This document shows positions 53,889 to 62,481 of a DNA stretch of 64,000 nucleotides, piece after piece (position 1 is the first letter of the stretch; each line of letters opens with the position of its first letter). The notes beneath the pieces are model-generated. The model worked only from the letters and a program-made list of their open reading frames with translations, did no database searches and was not told the DNA's origin. Made by a program: the position numbers and the translations under genes. The stretch comes from an uncultured Actinomycetota bacterium (lineage in GTDB: Bacteria; Actinomycetota; Actinomycetes; CAVPEL01): positions 956,541-1,020,540 of the forward strand of contig CAVPEL010000006.1 of NCBI GenBank assembly GCA_963703505.1, in the 5' to 3' direction.

Positions 53889-56274
53889 ATGAAGCGATCC
53901 TGGCGTTTCGCTGTCGCTCTCGCGACATCGACGGTCCTGAGCGCGAGCGTGGTGAGTGCACTGCCCGCAGCGGCTGCCACCCCCGCGTCGATCGTCGTCG
54001 AGAACGGCCTCACTCAGCCCGTCTTCAAGTACGCGGACGCGATCCGCGAGTTCGTCTGGGTCAAGACCAACCTGGACAACGACGGCAACGGCATCCCCGA
54101 CATGATCCGGGTCGACATCATCCGGCCCGCGGAGTCCCAAGGTGGCGCGCTCAAGGTGTCGTCCATCATGGATGCGAGCCCGTACTACACCAGCCTGGGC
54201 CGCGGCAACGAGTCGCAGCTCAAGACCTACGCGGCCGACGGCACCGTCAGCCGCTTCCCGCTCGCCTTCGACAACTACTTCGTGCCCCGCGGCTACGCGA
54301 TCGTCCAGCCGGACATGGCGGGCACCGCCGGGTCGACCGGCTGCGTGGACATCGGCGGCCCCGAGGACATCGGCGGCATCGTCGCCGTCATCGACTGGAT
54401 GAACGGGCGCGCACAGGCCTACTCCAACGTCGATGGCACCGGCGACCCCGTCAGCGCGGACTGGTCGAACGGCAAGGTCGGCATGATCGGCAAGTCCTAC
54501 GACGGCACGCTCGCCAACGGCGTGGCGGCGACCGGCGTCGAGGGCCTGAAGACCATCGTGCCGATCAGCGCGATCGACAGCTGGTACAACTACTACCGGA
54601 TGAACGGCGCGCGCACGACGGGCACGTCGCTGCCCGCCTGCCTCGCCAACACGGTCCGCGCCGGATGGCGCTACAACGGCTACAAGGGCGCGTCCTGCAC
54701 CGCGGTCAACGCCGAGCTCACCGCCGGCAACTCCACGAGCGGTGACTTCACCCCGTTCTGGGACGCGCGCGACTACACCAAGAACGCGGACAAGGTGAAG
54801 GCGAGCGTGCTGCTCATCCACGGCTGAACGACCTCAACGTCAAGCCGATGAACATGGACCGCTGGTGGGACGCGCTGGCCGCCAACAACGTCCCCCGCCA
54901 GATCTGGGTCCACCAGTACGCGCACACGGACCCGTTCGACATCTCGCGGACCGAGTGGATGACCACGCTGCACCGCTGGTACGACTACTGGCTGAACGAT
55001 GTCCAGAACGGCATCATGAACGAGCCGATGGCCACCATCCAGACCGGGATCAACACGTTCGAGAAGGCGACCAACTGGCCGATCCCGAACGCGCACGACG
55101 TCGATGCTGAAGTTCACGCGCGGGCACCACCAGCAACACCGGTGACCTCACCTCCACCACGCCCGGCGGGACGCTGTCGTTCACTGGCACCAGCCAGACC
55201 GAGGCGAACATGGTCGCCAACCCGACCAACGCGTCGACCACGCCGTCTGGCGTTCCTGTCGCCGGTGCTGGACAAGGACGTGCGGATGAGCGGCAACGCG
55301 AAGATCGACCTCAACATCTCGTCCACCCAGGCCGACGGCAACCTGACCTTCATGGTCGTCGACTACGGTTCCGAGGCGCGGATCAACTGGAGCAACAGCC
55401 TCGGCGGTCTCACCCAGCTCACGTCAGCAAGTCGTGCATCGGCGACTCCACCGCGACCGACTCGGCGTGCTACTTCGAGACCGTGCCGGCGACGACGACG
55501 GCCGCGAGCTCGATCCTGGCTCGCGGCTGGTTCAACGTCCAGCACCGCGACTCGCTGACCTCGCAGACGGCGATGCCCGTCGACACGCCGACCCAGGTCA
55601 GCTGGGCCAGTATGCCGCAGGACTACACCATCAAGGCGGGTCACCGGATCGGTGTCATCATCGGTGGCAACGACAGCAGTTACGTCACCAACATCACGCC
55701 GACGCCGACCTTCACGGTCGACCTGGCGTCGAGCAGCGTGACGCTGCCGATCGTCGGCTACCCGGTCAGCCAGTGGCTGCCGGAAGGCACCGGGTTCCAG
55801 ACCATCACGGCGGATGTGCAGCCGGGTCAGCTGGCCCTGTCGGTGCCCAACGCGCTGGTGACGCTTCCCTCCGTCACGCTCACCGGATATGACCAGTTCG
55901 TCACCGGTGCGCTGAACCAGGTGACCGTCGCGGACGGTCGCGGGACGTCGGCGGGCTGGAGCCTGACCGGCCAGGTGAGCGACTTCGTCGGGCCGAACGG
56001 TCTGATCCTGGCGGACAACCTCGGCTGGGGTCCGACCGCACAGAGCGTGACCGGCGCACTGCCGACCACGTCGAACGTCGAGTCCGTCGTCACGGCGGGC
56101 CCGGTGACGACGCCCGGCACAGGCACCGGTCTGGCTGACGCCAAGTCGCTGTGCACCTCTCGCTCCGGCGCGAGCGCCGGAGCGTTCCAGTGCGGTGGCT
56201 CGCTCAACCTGGGTATCCCGGGCGCCACGTCCCTGGGTACCTACACAGGGGTTCTCACGCTGACCCTGATCTAG
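53889..56274 (+). pseudogene. pepX: Second secreted Xaa-Pro dipeptidyl-peptidase (S15) with C-terminal WxL-like module; roughly 4 frame breaks between 54820 and 55430
   Basis: MKRSWRFAVALATSTVLSAS... is collinear with copy 1 (SSIMDASPYY, DNYFVPRGYAIVQPDMAGT, GKSYDG). Pieces lie in ORFs 53889, 54848 and 55210. Ends in the shared module ...VTVADGRGTSAGWSLTGQVSDFVGPNGLILADNLGW...GTYTGVLTLTLI. Confidence 0.85.
55798..56274 (+). repeat. Shared C-terminal WxL-like module, copy C (pepX 2)
   Basis: QTITADVQPGQLALSV...GTYTGVLTLTLI. Well over half the residues appear identical to copy A on inspection of the translations (not formally computed). Confidence 0.85.
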
Positions 56275-56286
56275 CTCGCTCATCCC

Positions 56287-56333
56287 GAAAAGGGAGTGGA
56301 GGACGCCGACATGGCGTCCTCCACTCCCTTTTC
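56287..56333 (+). terminator. Rho-independent terminator after pepX copy 2
   Basis: 21-bp stem gaaaagggagtggaggacgcc / ggcgtcctccactcccttttc with loop gacat. Confidence 0.7.
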
Positions 56334-56510
56334 ATTGGGCGGTCGACGGAGTCCGGCAGTGCCAACGGACGTGATGGGACGAGCACTGTCGCGGCGGCCA
56401 CGGCGGCGGCGCGGCCGACGCGAGCGGCGCGTGCGGCACCGGCATACTGAGGGCATGCAGATCACACACACCCGTGGGCGTAGCCCTGCGCCGGCCTGCC
56501 AGGTCAGCCT

Positions 56511-57059
56511 GTGACGGCAACGGTGGCGGGGGAGGGCGCGTCGGTGGCCGGTCGGGCGCCTGAGGGTGCACCTGTTCCTGTCGAGGCTTCCCGCATCGAG
56601 CTCAGCCGCATCATGTCCTTGCTGGACGCCAACCTGCACGGCAACGTGCACGGTGGCACCATCATGCGCATGGTGGACGAGACCGCCGGAATCGTGGCCT
56701 CACGCCACACCGGTGGTCTGGCGGTGACCGCCGTGGTCGATGAGATGCAGTTCCTCGTCCCGGTCCACGTCGGCGACATCGTGACCTGCCGGTCGCAGAT
56801 CAACTGGACTGGGCGTACCTCCTGCGAGGTGGGGGTCCGGGTGACCGCCGAACCGTGGGACGAGGCCGGCACGACCCCTCGGCACGTGGCCACGGCGTAT
56901 CTGGTGTTCGTCGGCATCGACGCCGAGGGCAGGCCGCGGGCGATCCCGCAGGTGCTGATGGAGGCCGACAACGACCAGCGGCGCTACCGCGAGGCGGAGA
57001 TCCGTCGCGGCACGCGGTTGGACCGCCGCGAGGCGATCGCGGACTCCCGTCGCGTCTGA
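56511..57059 (+). CDS. Acyl-CoA thioesterase (hotdog fold, YciA/BFIT-like)
   Basis: ...LLDANLHGNVHGGTIMRMVDETAGIVASRH...AVTAVVDEMQFLVPVHVGDIV.... The start is uncertain (GTG 56511). Confidence 0.8.
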   Translation: MTATVAGEGASVAGRAPEGAPVPVEASRIELSRIMSLLDANLHGNVHGGTIMRMVDETAGIVASRHTGGLAVTAVVDEMQFLVPVHVGDIVTCRSQINWTGRTSCEVGVRVTAEPWDEAGTTPRHVATAYLVFVGIDAEGRPRAIPQVLMEADNDQRRYREAEIRRGTRLDRREAIADSRRV

Positions 57060-57118
57060 CTGACCTCGACCCGCGCTGCCTCGTCCGGTGCGCAGCGGGG
57101 CGCATCTGACCAGACATG

Positions 57119-57155
57119 GATGTGGGGAGGGAGCGATGCGCTCCCTCCCCACATC
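57119..57155. terminator. Bidirectional hairpin between the thioesterase and the S8 gene
   Basis: 17-bp stem gatgtggggagggagcg / cgctccctccccacatc with loop atg. Confidence 0.65.
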
Positions 57156-57172
57156 GTGGGTCCGACCTCCGC

Positions 57173-57652
57173 CTAGATGAGCGTGAGGGTGAGGACGCCG
57201 GTGTAGGTGCCGACCCTGGTGCTGCCCGGGATGCCGAGCTTCAGGTCGCCACCGCAGGTGAACGCTCCACCACTCACGCCGGCAGCGGAACTGCACAGGT
57301 TGCGCGCGTTGGCCAGACCGGTGCCGGAGCCGGGGACTGCCGGCGCGCCGGCGGTGACCTCGGTGGCTTCACCAGGAGCGGCCGGCAGGGTGCCGGACAC
57401 CACCTGTGCGGTGGGGTTCCAACCGACGTTGTCGGCCACGATCAGCCCGTTCGGGCCGACCAGGTCACTGGCCTGCCCGACGAGGTTCCAGCCAGCGCTG
57501 GTGCCACGCGGGTCGACCACGGTGACGGGGTGGAGGGTGCCCGAGATGACGAGATCGAATCCGGTCAGCGTCGTCTGCGGGAGGGTGATCGTGCTACCGG
57601 CGGGCACGGTCAGGGCCAGCGGTGCGCCCTTGATGTCCGCCGTGATGACCTC
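57173..57652 (-). repeat. Shared C-terminal WxL-like module, copy D (S8)
   Basis: EVITADIKGAPLALTV...GTYTGVLTLTLI. The most divergent of the four copies. Confidence 0.85.
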
Positions 57653-59158
57653 GAAGCCGCTGCCCGGCCCGGGGTCGTAGGCGGCGGTCACTGCCTGGTA
57701 CGCGTTGACGAGCCCGTAGCCGAAGTAGCCGTTGTAGCCGGGAATCAGCCGGTCCTTGCCCGCGGGTGCCTGGCAGGTGGTGGCTGTGCTCGGGCAGGCA
57801 AGCGCTTCAGCCTGTGCGTGCAGCATCTGCGTCAGCTGCGCGGGTGTGGCCTGCGGGTGCGTGGCCTTCAGCAGCGCTGCTACCCCCGCCACGTGCGGAG
57901 AAGCCATCGACGTACCGGACTTGTTCCCATAGCCGCCTCCCGGCACCGTTGATCTGGTGGAGCTACCGGGGGCCGCGACGTTGATGACCCCAAGGCCATA
58001 GCTGGAGAACGAGGCCTTGGCCTTGGTGTTGGTCGTCGCGGACACGTTGACGACGCCGGGCAGCTGGCCCGGGACATCGAGGCAGCCGACGACCGGCCTG
58101 TTCTTTGTCGCGGTCGTGTCGTTCGGGCTGTTCGACTCGGTCTTGAGGTTGGCCAGGTCGTAGTTGTCGTTGCCGGCGGCCGCGACGTTGAGCACCCCGC
58201 GACGGGCCGAGTAGTCGACCGCACGCTTGACGGCTTCCATGGCGGGCGCCTGGTTCGCCTGGTCGGGGCACCAGAAGAACCACGGGTCCACGTTGTAGCT
58301 GTTGTTGGTCACCGAGAAGCCGTGCTCGGCCGCCCACACGAAACCGCAGATCGCGTACTCGGGGTAGATGAACCCATCGGGGTTGACCACCTTGACGGAG
58401 GCGATGCGCGTATTGGGCGCGATACCGATCATGTTCTGGCCGATGTCGTTGGCTGCGATCGCTCCAGCGACGTGAGTTCCGTGCGAGTCGGTCACGTTCT
58501 TCGAGCTGACCCATGGACGCCAGGAGTTCGGGGTCGTGTCGACCTTGCCACCGTTGTTGATGCAGCTGACCGAGTCTGCGGCATCGAAGGTCGGCTTAAG
58601 GGCAGAGTGGGTGTCGTCCACGCCGTCGTCGAGGACGCCGACGATGACGCTGCTGCTCCCCTTGGTCACCTGGTGGGCCTGGTCCACGCCGATGACCGTC
58701 ATGTCCGCGCCATAGACGCCGTTCGCGGTGGTAGTGGCGGGTGGCGCCGGGACGAACGGATTGCCGGGCGCCGGCTCCGTGAACGCCGCGGTCCTGGTCG
58801 GGCCGGCCGACTGGATGTCCGGATCGAGGGCCTTGATGTTGGCAAGGAACTCGGTGTCGGTGGAGTGGGCGATCAAGACGCCGATCTGCGGGTAGGACAC
58901 CTTGACGGTGCCGCCGGCGGCGTTCACTGCTGTTTCGGCGTCCCTGACCGCGGCGCGGGTGGCCGCGGTGTTGATCGCGTAACTCATCAGCGGGCCGTTC
59001 GCCTGCACGGCCCGTACCAGCTGCGGCGCACTCGTGGTCGCGGTTTCCGACGTCGCGGCCCACGCTCCGCCTGGCAGCACCGCGAACGCGATGGTGATGG
59101 CGCCCGCGGCCGCGATCGGGGCGCGGAGTCTCCGCCACCCCTGAATCTTTGTGCCCAT
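57173..59158 (-). CDS. Secreted S8 subtilisin-family serine peptidase with C-terminal WxL-like module (intact)
   Basis: ATG at 59158 after gaaggga. Signal MGTKIQGWRRLRAPIAAAGAITIAFAVLPGGAWA, an inhibitor-I9-like propeptide, and the catalytic triad motifs VGVLDDGVD, HGTHVAG and GTSMASPHVAG. The last 159 aa are the shared module (VTVVDPRGTSAGWNLVGQASDLVGPNGLIVADNVGW...GTYTGVLTLTLI). Confidence 0.9.
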   Translation of the reverse strand: MGTKIQGWRRLRAPIAAAGAITIAFAVLPGGAWAATSETATTSAPQLVRAVQANGPLMSYAINTAATRAAVRDAETAVNAAGGTVKVSYPQIGVLIAHSTDTEFLANIKALDPDIQSAGPTRTAAFTEPAPGNPFVPAPPATTTANGVYGADMTVIGVDQAHQVTKGSSSVIVGVLDDGVDDTHSALKPTFDAADSVSCINNGGKVDTTPNSWRPWVSSKNVTDSHGTHVAGAIAANDIGQNMIGIAPNTRIASVKVVNPDGFIYPEYAICGFVWAAEHGFSVTNNSYNVDPWFFWCPDQANQAPAMEAVKRAVDYSARRGVLNVAAAGNDNYDLANLKTESNSPNDTTATKNRPVVGCLDVPGQLPGVVNVSATTNTKAKASFSSYGLGVINVAAPGSSTRSTVPGGGYGNKSGTSMASPHVAGVAALLKATHPQATPAQLTQMLHAQAEALACPSTATTCQAPAGKDRLIPGYNGYFGYGLVNAYQAVTAAYDPGPGSGFEVITADIKGAPLALTVPAGSTITLPQTTLTGFDLVISGTLHPVTVVDPRGTSAGWNLVGQASDLVGPNGLIVADNVGWNPTAQVVSGTLPAAPGEATEVTAGAPAVPGSGTGLANARNLCSSAAGVSGGAFTCGGDLKLGIPGSTRVGTYTGVLTLTLI

Positions 59159-59488
59159 CCTGTTCCCTTCGCCCACCTGTCGTGCGCGGTGCGACCGGGT
59201 CTAGCAGCCTCTCAGCTGCGCCCGGAAGATCAGCGCCATGGACTTAACCGGACACGAAGTGTGTAGCCATCGGAAACAGCACGTCAATGATTTTGTTAAG
59301 AAACCCCTCAAGTGGCTCAATCGCGGTGCCGACAACCCTAAGTTGGCGACGTGAGGCCAAGAATCGGTTAACAGCGACCAATGCGTGTAACAAGGCGTCG
59401 ATCGATGGGCCAATCACAGCCCGATGAGGGGCTCGCGCGACCGCCCGTGGGCGTTGCGGGGCGGGCCAGGGCTTGCCATCCACGAGCG

Positions 59489-60163
59489 CTACACCGAAGC
59501 GAGCGCTCCGAGCGGCATCTCGATCGGGGCGGTCGGCACGGCGAGCTCTGGGCCGGTGGCCGCACGGACCTCGTCCACGCTGACGCCGGGCGCGACCTCG
59601 CGCAGCACCAGCCCGGTCGGCGTCACGTCGACGACGGCCAGGTCGGTGATGATGCGCTCGACCACGCCGCGGCCGGTCAGCGGCAGGGAGCAGGACTCGA
59701 CGATCTTGTGGGTGCCGTCCTTGGCCACGTGCTCCATGAGGACGATGACCTTCTTGGCGCCATGCACGAGGTCCATCGCCCCGCCCATGCCCTTGATCAT
59801 CTTTCCGGGAATCATCCAGTTGGCGAGGTCCCCGGTGGCCGACACCTGCATGGCACCCAGGATCGCCGCGTCGATGTGCCCGCCGCGGATCATGCCGAAG
59901 GACAGCGCCGAGTCGAAGAACACCGCACCCGGCAGCAGGGTGACGGTCTCCTTGCCGGCGTTGATGAGGTCGGGGTCTTCCTCGCCGTCGAACGGGTACG
60001 GCCCGACGCCGAGGATGCCGTTCTCCGACTGCAGCGTCACGTGGACGCCGGGCAGCAGGTAGTTGGGCACCAAGGTGGGAAGTCCGATGCCGAGGTTCAC
60101 GTAGGCACCGTCGGCCAGCTCCAGCGCGGCCCGGGCCGCCATCTGCTCGCGGGTCAGTGTCAT
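59489..60163 (-). CDS. scoB: 3-oxoacid CoA-transferase subunit B
   Basis: [32 protein letters not shown]...SENGILG...[15 protein letters not shown]...GDLANW...GMGGAMDL. The ATG overlaps the scoA TGA by 1 nt. Confidence 0.9.
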   Translation of the reverse strand: MTLTREQMAARAALELADGAYVNLGIGLPTLVPNYLLPGVHVTLQSENGILGVGPYPFDGEEDPDLINAGKETVTLLPGAVFFDSALSFGMIRGGHIDAAILGAMQVSATGDLANWMIPGKMIKGMGGAMDLVHGAKKVIVLMEHVAKDGTHKIVESCSLPLTGRGVVERIITDLAVVDVTPTGLVLREVAPGVSVDEVRAATGPELAVPTAPIEMPLGALASV

Positions 60164-60921
60164 CAGGACTCCCTTGGCCGGGTGGTGCGACGTTCGATCC
60201 GCTTCTCGCCGCCGGGCGGCACGACGACGAGGTGCTGCACGAAGATGCCGGGCAGGTGGATCGCATCCGGGTCCAGCTCGCCGGGCTCGACGAGCTCTTC
60301 GACCTCGGCGATGGTGACCTTGCCGGCCATCGCGGCGAGCGGGTTGAAGTTGCGGGCGCTGGAGTTGAAGACCAGGTTGCCGAGGCGGTCGCCGCGGGCG
60401 GCGCGGACCAGTGCGAAGTCGCAGGTGATCGCCTCTTCCAGGACGTACTCGCGACCGTCGAAGGTGCGGGTGTCCTTGCGCGGTGAGCCGACAGCGATCG
60501 AGCCGTCCGCCGCGTAGCGCCACGGCAGCCCGCCCTCGGCCACCTGGGTGCCGACTCCGGTCGCCGTGTAGAACGCGGGAATGCCGGTGCCGCCGGCGCG
60601 CAGCCGCTCGGCCAGGGTGCCCTGCGGGGTGAGCTCGACCTCCAGCTCCCCGGCCAGGAACTGCCGGGCGAACTCCTTGTTCTCGCCCACGTAGGACGAG
60701 GTCATCCGCGAGATCCTCCTGGCGGAGAGCAGCAGGCCCAGTCCCCAGTCGTCGACCCCGCAGTTGTTCGAGACGACGCCCAGATCCTTGGTTCCCGCCG
60801 CGAGCAGAGCTTCGATGAGCACCTGCGGGATGCCGCACAGGCCGAAGCCGCCGACGGCCAGCGTGGCCCCATCCGGGATGTCAGCGACGGCCTCGGCGGC
60901 GCTGGCAAGCACCTTGTCCAT
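60163..60921 (-). CDS. scoA: 3-oxoacid CoA-transferase subunit A
   Basis: 252 aa. [32 protein letters not shown]...SNNCG...[21 protein letters not shown]. Confidence 0.9.
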   Translation of the reverse strand: MDKVLASAAEAVADIPDGATLAVGGFGLCGIPQVLIEALLAAGTKDLGVVSNNCGVDDWGLGLLLSARRISRMTSSYVGENKEFARQFLAGELEVELTPQGTLAERLRAGGTGIPAFYTATGVGTQVAEGGLPWRYAADGSIAVGSPRKDTRTFDGREYVLEEAITCDFALVRAARGDRLGNLVFNSSARNFNPLAAMAGKVTIAEVEELVEPGELDPDAIHLPGIFVQHLVVVPPGGEKRIERRTTRPRES

Positions 60922-61005
60922 GCGCGCATGCTCCTTCGACGAGGCGGTGGGCGTGCGCCGAGCCTAATGGGCGAGCAGCCGTCGCGCCCGAGCCGGGCCG
61001 ATGGA

Positions 61006-62423
61006 TCAGATGCAGGTGCTGTCGCCGGCACTGAGCGTCTTCACCGGTGCGGGGGGAGCGGACGGCAGTGGCTGCGCGCCGGTCCAGTCCGGGCCGAGGA
61101 TCAAGGTGAGCGTGGAGCCGAGCGACGGGTCGAGCACCAGCTGGGTGCCGGCCGGGCCCACCGCGGCGAGCGTGCGCGCGGAGTCGGCCTTGTCCGGGCC
61201 GTAGCGCACGACCGTGGTGGCCGAGGGGTCCGGTGCGGTAGCCACGCTGGCCACGTTGAAGCCGGCGGCGGTGAGCGCCTCACCCGTGGCGCGCGCGAGT
61301 CCCTGGGTCGACGTGCCGTTGAGCACCTCAACGGTGATCTTCGACGCGTCCACGGTGAGCGGCGTCGCCGAGGGAGCCGGCGAGCTACCGGGGGAGGGCG
61401 TCGCCCCGGGCAGCGCCGTGTCGTTGCGCAACGCCTCCCACACCCCGGTCGCGGCGTCCGTCCAGACCACCCGGTTGGCGTCGGCCGGAGACGGCTTGTT
61501 GGGGATCGTCAGAAAGGCGACGTTCTCCGGCTTCAAGTTCTTCAGCCGCTTGGCGAGGTTGAGCATGCTGTCGCCCTTGGCCAGATCGGTGTCGACCGTC
61601 ACCGAGTTGGTGGCCGCCTCCAGGAACGGCAGCAGCTTGTCGGGGCGCAGCAGCAGGCCGGTGTCGGTGGCCTCGCGGACCACGGCCGACAGGAACTGCT
61701 GCTGGCGGGTGATCCGCTCCAGGTCGCTGCCGCCACCGATGCTGCTTGCGGGCCCGGACCAGGGCGAGCGCCTGGTCGCCCTTGACCCGCTGTTCGCCGG
61801 CCTTGAGGTTCAGCCCGGCGTCACCGTCCTTCAGGTTCTTGCAGAGGTTGACCGGGATCCCGTCGAGCGCCTCGGTCATCTTCTTGAAGCCGGAGAAGTC
61901 GACCTCGACGTAGTGGTCGATCCGGATGTTGGTCAGGGCCTCCACCGTCTTGACCGAGCAGGTCGGACCGCCCAGGTTGAACGCCTCGTTGATCATGCGG
62001 AGCTTGGCGGTGGTCTGCTTGCCGTTCGGCAGCGGGCAGCTGGGCATCTCGACCACGGAGTCGCGCGGGATGCTGACGAACACGCCGTGCTTCGCGTCGG
62101 CCGAGATGTGGGCGAGGATCATCGTGTCCGACTCGTGCTGGGTCTGCTGCTCTAGGCCCTTGCCGGCCTGGTACTGCGCGTTGTCGCCCTGGGTGCGGTC
62201 GTCGGAGCCGATGAGCAGGATGTTCATCGCCTTGCCGGCGGACTCTCGCCTTGGTCGGCGAGTCCGGCCGGTCCGGCGCGAAGACGTCGACGTGCTTCAC
62301 GTTGCCCAGGTAGTGGTGGTACAGCGTGTAGACCCCGCCGGTGGCGAGTACCGCAAGAGCGAGCAGGCTGATCCCGACCCGGGCCAGGATGCGACGCATC
62401 CGGTGGGAGTGTCGCTCGGCCAT
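61006..62423 (-). pseudogene. LytR-CpsA-Psr (LCP) family phosphotransferase with LytR_C domain, copy 1; 2 frame breaks
   Basis: MAERHSHRMRRILARVGISLLALAVLATGGVYTLY (TM) | MNILLIGSDDR...SDTMILAHI...VSIPRDS...IDHYVEVDFSGFKKM..ALDGIPV | ...ERITRQQQFLSAVVRE...ITVEVLNGTSTQGLA. Confidence 0.85.
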
Positions 62424-62481
62424 GCGGTGGCGCTCCTCAGCGTGGGGGGCAGGTCGGTGTACCGGTACGGGTCTCAGGTAG

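Noticed and set aside
46222-57155. The four GC-rich hairpins (46222, 48800, 56287, 57119) as a REP/MITE-like mobile repeat family.
   Set aside because: Only two of them (48800, 56287) share clear sequence similarity. All sit exactly where intrinsic terminators are expected, and no target-site duplications or further copies are seen in the window. They are treated as terminators, possibly co-duplicated with the module.
59244-60266. 340-aa ORF on the minus strand overlapping scoB in another frame, and the 378-aa ORF 59381..60517 on the plus strand.
   Set aside because: The scoB frame (59489..60163) carries the canonical CoA-transferase B motifs, while the alternatives are Arg/Gly/Pro-rich shadow ORFs.
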